In this document: positions 39,524 through 48,255 of the stretch, piece after piece
How positions within the stretch are numbered: position 1 is the first letter of the stretch
Layout: the number at the start of each line of letters is the position of its first letter
NCBI GenBank assembly: GCA_902796105.1
Contig: CADBNO010000256.1
Coordinates: forward strand, 1 to 53,432
Length of the DNA: 53,432 bases
Reading direction: 5' to 3'
Source: an uncultured Lachnospiraceae bacterium
Lineage (GTDB): Bacteria; Bacillota; Clostridia; Lachnospirales; Lachnospiraceae
The notes under the pieces: generated by a model
Database searches by the model: none
The model's input: only the letters and a program-made list of their open reading frames with translations
What the model was told of the DNA's origin: nothing
Program-made: the position numbers and the translations under genes

Positions 39524-40117
39524 ATGAAAATGAACGAACACGAAAATGCATTACTATCTTTTTTTTCAGACTCAAAGCACAACTGCCGGAGATACGAGAA
39601 ACAAGGTAATCAAAACGCATTGATCACAGAAACGGGAGTTTTATATGGGATCTCTAAATGCTGCATGGACATTGATCTCATTAACGTAGCACAGGACGAG
39701 GACTATCGGAAGTACATGGACATGTATATTCAATTCCGAGGACAAACACATGCGAATGACTGCGATAACACTACTCGCGATGCTAAAAAGGAAGGATACG
39801 CTTTAGGCAGTAACGAAATTACCCCCAATAAGTGTAAATGTATGTACTGCGGTGCTGAACTCGATTGGTTGCATTCTAATAATCCTTACGATGATGGATT
39901 GCACGATATTGCAGATAAATACAGCGATGATGGTAATGTGTGCTGTTCCCAATGCAATGCTATTACTTCTGTTAATCGCAGTTTAAAAAAATTGATAGAT
40001 CATCCCGAGGAATTTAATATTTGTTTGTTTCACATCAAAGAAACGATTAAGAGCCTCGAAGACAACAAGGATAAAGTTATTAAATACTATTCTGCTAGAA
40101 AAGCGAATCGAAACTAG
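39524..40117 (+). CDS. Hypothetical protein with Cys motifs
   Basis: AAGGAG RBS; CxCxxC...CCxxC. Confidence 0.55.
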   Translation: MKMNEHENALLSFFSDSKHNCRRYEKQGNQNALITETGVLYGISKCCMDIDLINVAQDEDYRKYMDMYIQFRGQTHANDCDNTTRDAKKEGYALGSNEITPNKCKCMYCGAELDWLHSNNPYDDGLHDIADKYSDDGNVCCSQCNAITSVNRSLKKLIDHPEEFNICLFHIKETIKSLEDNKDKVIKYYSARKANRN

Positions 40118-40160
40118 ATAAGTTTGTATAAAAGGAAAAATTAGGAGGAGGAAATAATTT

Positions 40161-40361
40161 ATGAGCAAAAAAATAGGAGTTATAACAATCTTCATAGGCT
40201 TCATCATGTGGCTGGTTGGAGCGGTAGTATGCTATGTACTGGGAGAGAATATCAGTTTTGATACCGGTGCATTCTCTTTCATAGCAATCCCGGGCGCGCT
40301 CTTGATAGTTTCTGGCATTCTGGTATTTGCCTATAATAAAATCTTCACTCCGGATGAATAG
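40161..40361 (+). CDS. Small membrane protein
   Basis: AGGAGG RBS; two TM segments. Confidence 0.5.
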   Translation: MSKKIGVITIFIGFIMWLVGAVVCYVLGENISFDTGAFSFIAIPGALLIVSGILVFAYNKIFTPDE

Positions 40362-40407
40362 TCGTGACCAATTAAGTCAATACATTTAAGAAAGGGGGCG
40401 TTGTTCC

Positions 40408-41556
40408 ATGCATTTTAATAGCATGGTTTTGAGTGACCACACAGTTATCTATCCCGCATACATGGATAAGGACGCAAGGCTTGCCCTACGATACAAGATC
40501 CAGGTAGAAGGTATCTCTATGTACTGCGGCTGTTCTGTCTTTTCGGAAAATAAGCTGGCTTATGCGGTTTCTTCAGACGCAAGGATCGTCCCAATGCATC
40601 AGAAGTATGAACACAACCCCCTGTGCATCCGGGCTGCAGATAAACGCAACACTTCCTACAGAGCTGAAGAGGACGGTACCGCCAGGGCATTCTTGAAATT
40701 CGATCCCAAGAACTTCACTGTGCCAAAAGAAGACCGCACCGTTGACAAACTGCCTGTTGAAAGTGACAGCAAAAAAAATATAAGCACAGATAATCCGCCC
40801 CTCGACTCACTAGGTCAATTCATCCTTCAGCTCAACACCGATACCTACAAGGAGCGTGTAACAGCAGGGAAAGGGCTGATATCAGCTGATTACTTCCTCC
40901 CGGCATTAACCAGCCGGTTAAAGAAGGTCTACATAGACGGTATAAACAAGCCCGTCAAAGACCTTGATCTGCAGAAAGACTACTTTTCCTTTTTCTATCA
41001 GCCGCTTGTAAGTATCGAGCAGGGCGAACACTCGCAGATCACGCTCAAAGGCTGGAAAAAGGATTTCTCAGTGTTCATATACAGCTCAATACTGAAGCGA
41101 GAGTGTGAGAAATTTGAGAAAAGATATGACATTTCCGTTTCTGAAGCCCTAGAAGATGAAAAACTTTCTCCTTTCATCATGGCAAGTGGATTTATCTACC
41201 TCAGACTTTCAAAGCGGGACACGCTGTATAAAGTATGCGGCAGGCTGCACATATTCCTGGTGAATAAAAACGGACTATATTGCAGGAACATGGAAGAGAG
41301 GGACGAACTGGACGCTATTTCTGATTTTATCCGAGAAAACAGCTTATACAAGACCGTACAGTTCCACCGCATCATCGACGAGGAAAGGCTGTTTGGTATC
41401 CTATCATGCCAGGGAAAACGTCAGATCCTGATCTGCAAAAAGAGCTTGCCAAACGGATATGCCGCTGAAGGAACTGACCACATATCCTTTGTGACTGATC
41501 ATATATCCTCGGAAAACCTCGCACAGATAAAGGAACTGCTAGTGGGACAGCCGTAA
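40408..41556 (+). CDS. Hypothetical protein (N-terminal CxC...H..xC, possibly DUF1173-like)
   Basis: MYCGC...HNPLC putative metal site; 382 aa. Family call tentative. Confidence 0.5.
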   Translation: MHFNSMVLSDHTVIYPAYMDKDARLALRYKIQVEGISMYCGCSVFSENKLAYAVSSDARIVPMHQKYEHNPLCIRAADKRNTSYRAEEDGTARAFLKFDPKNFTVPKEDRTVDKLPVESDSKKNISTDNPPLDSLGQFILQLNTDTYKERVTAGKGLISADYFLPALTSRLKKVYIDGINKPVKDLDLQKDYFSFFYQPLVSIEQGEHSQITLKGWKKDFSVFIYSSILKRECEKFEKRYDISVSEALEDEKLSPFIMASGFIYLRLSKRDTLYKVCGRLHIFLVNKNGLYCRNMEERDELDAISDFIRENSLYKTVQFHRIIDEERLFGILSCQGKRQILICKKSLPNGYAAEGTDHISFVTDHISSENLAQIKELLVGQP

Positions 41557-41583
41557 AACACATCGAAAAAAGGAGAACCACAT

Positions 41584-41883
41584 ATGCGAAAAGTAAAACA
41601 CAACGAGCAAAGCAATATAAAACTACTCACGAAATGCCCTGTCTGCGGAGGTCGCATCAAGATTGATGTCCTATATCAATTTTCCAATGTACACAACCTC
41701 ACACGTTCCGGTAAGGCATCTGCCCGGCATAAAAAAGAACCAGCCACTCCGATGGATTGCCTCGCGCTGTATTGCGAAAATATGGATTTTCAGACAGATT
41801 ACGAACTGGCCGTAATCACCCCACAGAATCCGGAATACCGAGTCATTCAGAATGGTGACAGATATTTCCTACAGTACAAATAA
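41584..41883 (+). CDS. Small zinc-binding hypothetical protein
   Basis: CPVCGG...LYCEN; AAGGAG RBS. Confidence 0.5.
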   Translation: MRKVKHNEQSNIKLLTKCPVCGGRIKIDVLYQFSNVHNLTRSGKASARHKKEPATPMDCLALYCENMDFQTDYELAVITPQNPEYRVIQNGDRYFLQYK

Positions 41884-41895
41884 AGAGGTAAATTT

Positions 41896-42807
41896 ATGAT
41901 ATTTTATTTAGACGACAGGAATCATCTGCTGCACCGATCTTTTTGCGTCTGTGCGACGGAAGATAAAAGAAAGCTGGAGAACGACGCAATAATATGGTAT
42001 GAAATCAAAAAATACAGAGGATGCCCTGAGTGCTGCAAGATCATTCCAATCTATGAATCAACAAAGCAAAAACTGGAGGAAATCCTTCAAGATGTTCCTC
42101 ATAAAACGCGGTATGAATACGAATCTGGGACTATACCGCAATACCTTTTCATAGAAACTTCTCGGTACAGCTGGAGGATCTCTGTAAGATCGGGAGACCA
42201 ATCATTTATTGTGGCCAGAAGAAACATACAAGACAAAAGCCCACATAATACAGTGGAAGGCTTTCCTCGATCGAGGGATCTTGTAAATACTTTTTCAAAT
42301 ATACGGCTCTACGAGATCCAAGGAGCGACCGATGGGTATTTTCTTCCATACCTGTCTTCCATCCGCAGCACAGCATCAACCCAAAATATAGAGTATCAAC
42401 TTACCGGATCAGGAACGGAGCAGGTGCTTTACCTTATGACAAAACTTGCTTTCTGGAAGATCACATACTCCAGGAAAAAGCAGAGCTACTCCCTTTACCA
42501 TGCACCATTTCATGATTCCCATAACCAGCGACTAAAAAAGAATGTCAAAAATGCTCCCTATGCTACTTATCACAGACAAACCGACGTATACCACAAAAAG
42601 AGCCCTGAAGCGTATATCATATACATAAGTGAGCATGACAACGCAAAACGTATAATCAAGGAGGAAGGCTATCAGGCACTTCCTACCACCACAAACAAGC
42701 AAAAACGCTATTTCAAGCAAGCGGAAAAGAAGAAACGGCAAAACGAGATCAACCGTACTCTGAAACTCTTGGATGAAATAGGCGAAAAATCGAAGAAAGG
42801 AAAGTAA
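41896..42807 (+). CDS. Hypothetical protein
   Basis: GAGGT RBS; H..C...CPEC motif and two internal repeats (LFIETSRYSWRI / LYLMTKLAFWKI). Confidence 0.55.
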   Translation: MIFYLDDRNHLLHRSFCVCATEDKRKLENDAIIWYEIKKYRGCPECCKIIPIYESTKQKLEEILQDVPHKTRYEYESGTIPQYLFIETSRYSWRISVRSGDQSFIVARRNIQDKSPHNTVEGFPRSRDLVNTFSNIRLYEIQGATDGYFLPYLSSIRSTASTQNIEYQLTGSGTEQVLYLMTKLAFWKITYSRKKQSYSLYHAPFHDSHNQRLKKNVKNAPYATYHRQTDVYHKKSPEAYIIYISEHDNAKRIIKEEGYQALPTTTNKQKRYFKQAEKKKRQNEINRTLKLLDEIGEKSKKGK

Positions 42808-42812
42808 GTGCC

Positions 42813-43379
42813 ATGTATGAAAGATCACTCAGGTTTTATTCGATATATAAGAAATATGTCCCCCCGCTCCTTATATCTGCTTCCATTATTGCTATGATAA
42901 CATCCAAACTCCATGTAGCAGATTACGCGCTCCTATTTTATACGTTAAGAGGATCCTATCTGATACTCGTAGCTTTCTGGCTGCTTTCTGTTATAGTATT
43001 AGGTATTGCCACCTACAAAAAATCTACTGCATGGAGACAGTTCGTACCGGATGATTTTACACTTTCCAAAAAAGCGTTCATAACAAAGTGCTTTCTGAAG
43101 CAAGCCACTTTTTTAAGCTTTGGACCGGTATCATGCATCATGATCACTGCCCTCATTGGATCCTTTTTGATACGAAACCACAGCATACTTGATTTCATTG
43201 TATCACCAGCATATTTCCTATTCCTGATCCTGTGTATTGCACTCAACCTTCTGGCTTTTGGACAGTTTGGCTGCTACCTTATGAAAGCTGCCCTTTATCT
43301 AAAACCCTGGCAGTTGTATGGGAAATATTACGATTATCCGGATGATTACAACGGTCCGGAAGAACAGAAGGAGCCATGA
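42813..43379 (+). CDS. Four-TM membrane protein
   Basis: Four hydrophobic segments. Confidence 0.55.
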   Translation: MYERSLRFYSIYKKYVPPLLISASIIAMITSKLHVADYALLFYTLRGSYLILVAFWLLSVIVLGIATYKKSTAWRQFVPDDFTLSKKAFITKCFLKQATFLSFGPVSCIMITALIGSFLIRNHSILDFIVSPAYFLFLILCIALNLLAFGQFGCYLMKAALYLKPWQLYGKYYDYPDDYNGPEEQKEP

Positions 43380-44767
43380 AGCTGACTAAAACGTTCTGTC
43401 TGATACTTGCCGGTCTTTTATGGGTTTTAGGGCTTTATCTTTGCATCACCGGCAGTTTCCGCGCAGGTATCCCTCCGATTATCGCAGCTATGCTCATCAT
43501 GTCAGCAAGCAGGAAGACGCCGCATAAGTCCGAAAAATCGTATGTGAAAAAAGGATTATGGTACGTAGTCAGAAATTATACGGTTATCCTTCTCTGCCTT
43601 GCCTCACTCGTCGGGATCCTATACAGGAATGGATCGACACCGGCAGAATGGCTCAAAAATGCTTTCGTCAAAGAGGAGAGTACGTCCGCCTCCTCCAACC
43701 CAGCTGTAGACCATGGCAGCTCCACGGAGAGCATACAACTATCAGAAGAAACACAGAAAGATCCCACACCAAACACTGCTAATGGCATAGGTGATAGTGG
43801 AACAGAAGCCAATCTTTCCCTTCCGCATATCCCCTGGAAGGAATATTGGGATAGATACGAAGATTTTACTGAATCCTACGCAAAACAGCAAAAACAAGCC
43901 TTAGAGGGACTTTCTGACACAGAACTATCAAGCCTGCTGCCAGTGCAACCCGAAACAGGGAATGAAGCAGCAGAAAACGATACAGGGGTATCCGGCCTGG
44001 AGATCCACTTCCTCGATGTCGGCCAGGGTGACTGCACACTCGTCATGTGTGGAAATGAAGCCATGCTGATAGATGCTGCACCGGACAATAACGGAACAAA
44101 GATCCAAAGCTACTTAACCAAAAGAGGCATCCATAAGTTAAGATACCTTATCCTAACACATCCTGACGCAGATCATATAGGGTCGGCAGATGTAGTGATC
44201 AGTAAGTTTCAGATTGACCAGGTGTTCATGCCAGATTACGAAAAGGATACTTACACATACCGTGACACGATAAAAGCACTTGATACTCAGGGACACAAGC
44301 CCTGTATGCCGCAACCCGGGAGTAGATTCCCGCTTGGAGACGCCTCATTTATCGTTTTGGCACCGATCACACCAGCTGAGGATCCCAACAACAACTCCAT
44401 TGTGATCAAGCTCACCTACGGAGAACGTTCCTTTTTATTCTCCGGAGATGCGGAGGAACCGGAGGAAACATCTATCCTAGCAAGTGAATGCGACCTCTCA
44501 GCTGATGTATTAAAGGTAGGGCACCACGGGAGCAAGACATCCACCTCTCAGGACTATTTATCAGCAATAGATCCCACCTATGCGGTGATAAGCTGTGGCG
44601 CTGGAAACGAATACCACCATCCGCATGGATCGACCTTAAACAAGCTCCGTGAGGCGGGAATACAGCTATTTCGGACAGATGAACAGGGAACTATCACAAT
44701 CACCTGTGACGGCGAGACAATAACATTTAACTGCGCTCCATCTGAAACCTGGCAAAGTGGATCTTAG
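43376..44767 (+). CDS. Membrane-anchored ComEC/Rec2-like metallo-beta-lactamase-fold nuclease
   Basis: IHFLDVGQGDC, THPDADHIG, FSGDAE, LKVGHHGS, YHHPH, FRTDEQGTI; three N-terminal TMs. Confidence 0.9.
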   Translation: MKLTKTFCLILAGLLWVLGLYLCITGSFRAGIPPIIAAMLIMSASRKTPHKSEKSYVKKGLWYVVRNYTVILLCLASLVGILYRNGSTPAEWLKNAFVKEESTSASSNPAVDHGSSTESIQLSEETQKDPTPNTANGIGDSGTEANLSLPHIPWKEYWDRYEDFTESYAKQQKQALEGLSDTELSSLLPVQPETGNEAAENDTGVSGLEIHFLDVGQGDCTLVMCGNEAMLIDAAPDNNGTKIQSYLTKRGIHKLRYLILTHPDADHIGSADVVISKFQIDQVFMPDYEKDTYTYRDTIKALDTQGHKPCMPQPGSRFPLGDASFIVLAPITPAEDPNNNSIVIKLTYGERSFLFSGDAEEPEETSILASECDLSADVLKVGHHGSKTSTSQDYLSAIDPTYAVISCGAGNEYHHPHGSTLNKLREAGIQLFRTDEQGTITITCDGETITFNCAPSETWQSGS

Positions 44768-44770
44768 CAT

Positions 44771-44800
44771 TTGACAGGGTTAGGTGCTATCATGTATTAT
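44771..44800 (+). promoter_or_regulatory. Putative SigA promoter
   Basis: TTGACA-18nt-TATTAT upstream of GGAGG/ATG 44852. Confidence 0.5.
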
Positions 44801-44851
44801 AAGATGTAGCACATGCGTTCAACTGCTATCTTTTAATTCTGGAGGGATTAT

Positions 44852-45541
44852 ATGGAAAAAAGCAACAAGCAAAAATACTGGGACAGGTATCATCAGGAAA
44901 ACTATGAGCAGATCAACATTCGTATAAGGAAAGAGAGTGATGACATCTTAAACCTGCTGGACAAAGTTCCGGACTATATTGGAATTTCAAGGACGCAGTT
45001 TATTTTAAATGCATTGAAAAAGGAAGCTGATATTTACACACCACAGCTAAACAAACTAAAAGCTTTCCAGGAACACATCGGAAAGCTGCCGTCCGAAGCA
45101 GACAAGGAATATGATACGGTATACGTTGGAATCGAAACTGTTACTGGTGCAAACAAATCCGAAATCAGCGGTATCACTCTCTTAGATGACAAGGGAAATA
45201 TTATGGAAAGCCTCACGATCACCCCTTTTGTCACAAAAGACGTTTCGACCACAGAGCAGGTCTTACCGCATGACCAGTCGATCAGCTGCATTAAGGGCAT
45301 CTTAAATAACACAGACCATCGAGTGTTTTTCTCAGAACGTGAGCGAGAAATACTTTGCAGCTACAACTTTACCTGCCCCAAAATGCTTAACGACCTATTT
45401 ATTACTTCATTGGTTAGTAAACGCAACGGAAAATCCATTACTCTCAAAGAAGCATCAGAGATATATGCGCCGGCAATACCGGCAGATGCTACAGAACTGG
45501 CACAGCTCATTAGGACGATCTACCAGATCAAGAGAATCTGA
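44852..45541 (+). CDS. Ribbon-helix-helix-like N-terminus fused to a degenerate DEDD exonuclease-like domain
   Basis: NYEQINIRIRK...SRTQFILNAL (RHH-like); VYVGIETVTG...EISGITLLD resembles ExoI hhhDxETTG with Asp replaced by Gly. Confidence 0.45.
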   Translation: MEKSNKQKYWDRYHQENYEQINIRIRKESDDILNLLDKVPDYIGISRTQFILNALKKEADIYTPQLNKLKAFQEHIGKLPSEADKEYDTVYVGIETVTGANKSEISGITLLDDKGNIMESLTITPFVTKDVSTTEQVLPHDQSISCIKGILNNTDHRVFFSEREREILCSYNFTCPKMLNDLFITSLVSKRNGKSITLKEASEIYAPAIPADATELAQLIRTIYQIKRI

Positions 45542-45558
45542 GAAAGGAACTTGATATT

Positions 45559-45933
45559 ATGTTAAATCAAAGAGAACTAGATATTATTGCAATCTTAGCA
45601 AGATCCGCGGATCCTCTCACTGCATCACAGATTGTAGAAATGCAGCGAGGATTGACGCAGAGTACGGTTACAGCTGTTCTGCGGAAACTGTTAAGACTCA
45701 ACATGGTAGAAGTATCCGGTGTTACACACGCCGGTAAAGTATTGAGCCGGCAATATGTAGTTACGCAATCAGGAATAGATGCTGTCACCGTATATTTTGA
45801 AGACATCTACCAAATGGTAAATAGTATCCTTAGTGCAAAAGATATAATGGAATCGATCTTTAAGGATACCCCTCCTACGGTGGCCGACATAAAAGATATC
45901 AAAAAATTACTTAAGTCAGCAAGCCAGGAATGA
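45559..45933 (+). CDS. BlaI/MarR-like winged-helix transcriptional regulator
   Basis: LNQRELDIIAIL...PLTASQIV...LTQSTVTAVLRKLL...VEV. Confidence 0.75.
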   Translation: MLNQRELDIIAILARSADPLTASQIVEMQRGLTQSTVTAVLRKLLRLNMVEVSGVTHAGKVLSRQYVVTQSGIDAVTVYFEDIYQMVNSILSAKDIMESIFKDTPPTVADIKDIKKLLKSASQE

Positions 45934-45957
45934 TGGTGGATTTTAAGTGGAGAGAGT

Positions 45958-46191
45958 ATGGCACGCAAATATATCACCCACGAAGAGGTAAAAAGCGCTT
46001 TTTCCGAAGTATATAATAAATTTTATCTGGTCTACAGAAAAAAGGAAGATACTCCGAGATCCGACGCTGACTGGGAGCAACTGCTGAATGCAGCCCGTAC
46101 CATTCGTCGCAAGTATGACAGTGAATTTGTGAACATAATGATAACCGGTCTTATCGAGCAGTTTGAAGCAGAAGAACGCGAGCAAAAATAG
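45958..46191 (+). CDS. Hypothetical protein
   Basis: GGAG RBS; 77 aa helical. Confidence 0.5.
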   Translation: MARKYITHEEVKSAFSEVYNKFYLVYRKKEDTPRSDADWEQLLNAARTIRRKYDSEFVNIMITGLIEQFEAEEREQK

Positions 46192-46201
46192 AGGTGTTGA
46201 T

Positions 46202-46498
46202 ATGAAAAAAATCCTTCGCGATAGTAATGGGTATCTGCCGCCCATTGATGTGATCTGTCAGCACACTACAACAGGTAACATTATCCCTCTTAGGGTTCGC
46301 ATTAAGGACGAGGATGGAGAATCTAATATTTATCCGGTAAAACAATACAAGGGCCTGCCTTCTTTAGACGGACTCCCTTTAGGCCGCGATCTGGAAGTGT
46401 TTGAGTGCGTGATCCCTGTGCGAAACATGCAGCGGCGCATTATCATCTATTTTAACAGGCAGGATGGAATATGGCGCTTATACGGAGCTTCAGAATAG
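46202..46498 (+). CDS. Hypothetical protein
   Basis: GAGGTG RBS before ATG 46202; beta-rich, 98 aa. Confidence 0.55.
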   Translation: MKKILRDSNGYLPPIDVICQHTTTGNIIPLRVRIKDEDGESNIYPVKQYKGLPSLDGLPLGRDLEVFECVIPVRNMQRRIIIYFNRQDGIWRLYGASE

Positions 46499-46602
46499 GA
46501 GAGGAATTATGAATTGGCCAATGGCAGCAACAATAGAGAAGATTTCTCCCAAAAGAGCATATAATAGCAATCTCTAAAGACAATTTGTCGAAAGGACATT
46601 TT

Positions 46603-48240
46603 ATGTTTGATTTACCATTTCCGGATATTCCACGTAAATATCCGCACGAACTGACAAGTGAAGAAATTTTTATAGCGATTTTAGCAAAAATTCAGCAGAA
46701 ATTTCCCTTGGAAGAACTGAAAAAAGATCCGCCTTCCCACATGGGCTGTTACCGTTTCTTTTCTCACTACTTTGCAAATGAGGACATGCTATATGATATA
46801 CCTTTTATTACAAGGATGTTTCTGCAACATGAGTTTACCAACTTAAGCCTATCAGACAACGAAGAACTACCATTGATGCACAACACCCTAGATACCACAC
46901 CGTCGCTCATGAATAGCCGGCTGATCATCAGCGCGATTGTTAATTGTGCAAACAAGGGAAATGAGTACGCAAAGCAGTTTCTTCTGAAACTGTATAAGAC
47001 GTACTACAAAAAGGAATACAACGCATTTAAAAGATTCCGTTCCCTTACAACAGAAGATGTTCTTTCACTCATCCACACACAGGACAAGATGGAAGAAGAG
47101 AATCTCACGGTCAACCTAGCAAGAATTCTCTATATAGCAGAACTATCAGACATACAACTGGATGCACAATGCGAGGTATTCTATATCCTCCTCAATGATG
47201 TGAGCGAGCCCGATGCAATAGAGGCCGCAATGGTGGAAGACGAGGACGAAGATTACAACCGTCCACTCTTCGAGATCCGCGAAGAGCTGGAATGTATCTA
47301 TGGTATAGATGAGCTGGAAGCCATTTATGAAAGCATATATATTTTTTTGGAAAAAGCCTGCGTACAGCATGGGCTAAACCCAGACTACATGGAACTGAAC
47401 CTCGGCTACGATGACCTATTAGACCGATTAGCGTTCACAAGAAGATTACTCATGCAATCCCGTCATATGCCGGAAATAGACGAGGAAGAGCTTGTCTTAT
47501 ACTCGATGATATTACTATGCGTGATCGCCGCGTCCAACAATGCCGCGGCAAACAGGATCATTATGAATACCACGCTGTTCGGAAAAGAAGGCTCCCTGGC
47601 CTATAAAGATTATGAGCCCAAATTTAGAGCGAAAGACATAGCAGTACCGGCAAAGAAGCCGCTACCACAACCGACACCGGAAAATCCAAACAAAAAGACC
47701 ATGGATCCACAGATCAAGTCGGCAGAAATCGAAGAATTAAAGCGTTCCCTTCGCCTCATGGAGTCCGAAAACAATGCTCTCCGTCTGGAACTTTCCGAGA
47801 AAAAGGCAGCCGAGAAAGACCATTTATCAACGAAAGAACAGCTGGAGATCGCAAACCGTGAATTGGCCGCCTTGCGAACCCACGTCTACAATATGACACA
47901 GCAGGATCCCGTGAAGGATATACCGCTGGAAGCCATGAAAGAGGAAATCTCGAAACTTCGGATCTTGATCATAGGGGGACATCCGAATTGGATAGCGAAA
48001 TTGAAAAACGAGTTCCCCAACTGGACGTTTATTACACCGGAAGCTAGCGGCACGACCGATACCTCTATCATCAACAAAGCTGACTACATATATTTCTTCA
48101 CGGAAACCATCAGCCACACAAGGTATTTTCAGTTTAAAAATATCATCTGCGAGCGAAAAGCCCGATTTGGATACTTACATGGTGTCAATATAGACAGCAA
48201 TATCCGCGATATCTACAAAGATACTGCTTGCATACGTTAA
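46603..48240 (+). CDS. Coiled-coil protein with C-terminal DUF2325 domain
   Basis: ILIIGGHPNW...ADYIYFFTETISH matches DUF2325 (hhhGG...AD.hhhhT..hSH); preceded by a coiled coil. AAAGGA RBS; only 15 bp from the next gene. Confidence 0.75.
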   Translation: MFDLPFPDIPRKYPHELTSEEIFIAILAKIQQKFPLEELKKDPPSHMGCYRFFSHYFANEDMLYDIPFITRMFLQHEFTNLSLSDNEELPLMHNTLDTTPSLMNSRLIISAIVNCANKGNEYAKQFLLKLYKTYYKKEYNAFKRFRSLTTEDVLSLIHTQDKMEEENLTVNLARILYIAELSDIQLDAQCEVFYILLNDVSEPDAIEAAMVEDEDEDYNRPLFEIREELECIYGIDELEAIYESIYIFLEKACVQHGLNPDYMELNLGYDDLLDRLAFTRRLLMQSRHMPEIDEEELVLYSMILLCVIAASNNAAANRIIMNTTLFGKEGSLAYKDYEPKFRAKDIAVPAKKPLPQPTPENPNKKTMDPQIKSAEIEELKRSLRLMESENNALRLELSEKKAAEKDHLSTKEQLEIANRELAALRTHVYNMTQQDPVKDIPLEAMKEEISKLRILIIGGHPNWIAKLKNEFPNWTFITPEASGTTDTSIINKADYIYFFTETISHTRYFQFKNIICERKARFGYLHGVNIDSNIRDIYKDTACIR

Positions 48241-48255
48241 GAAAGGAAATTACAA

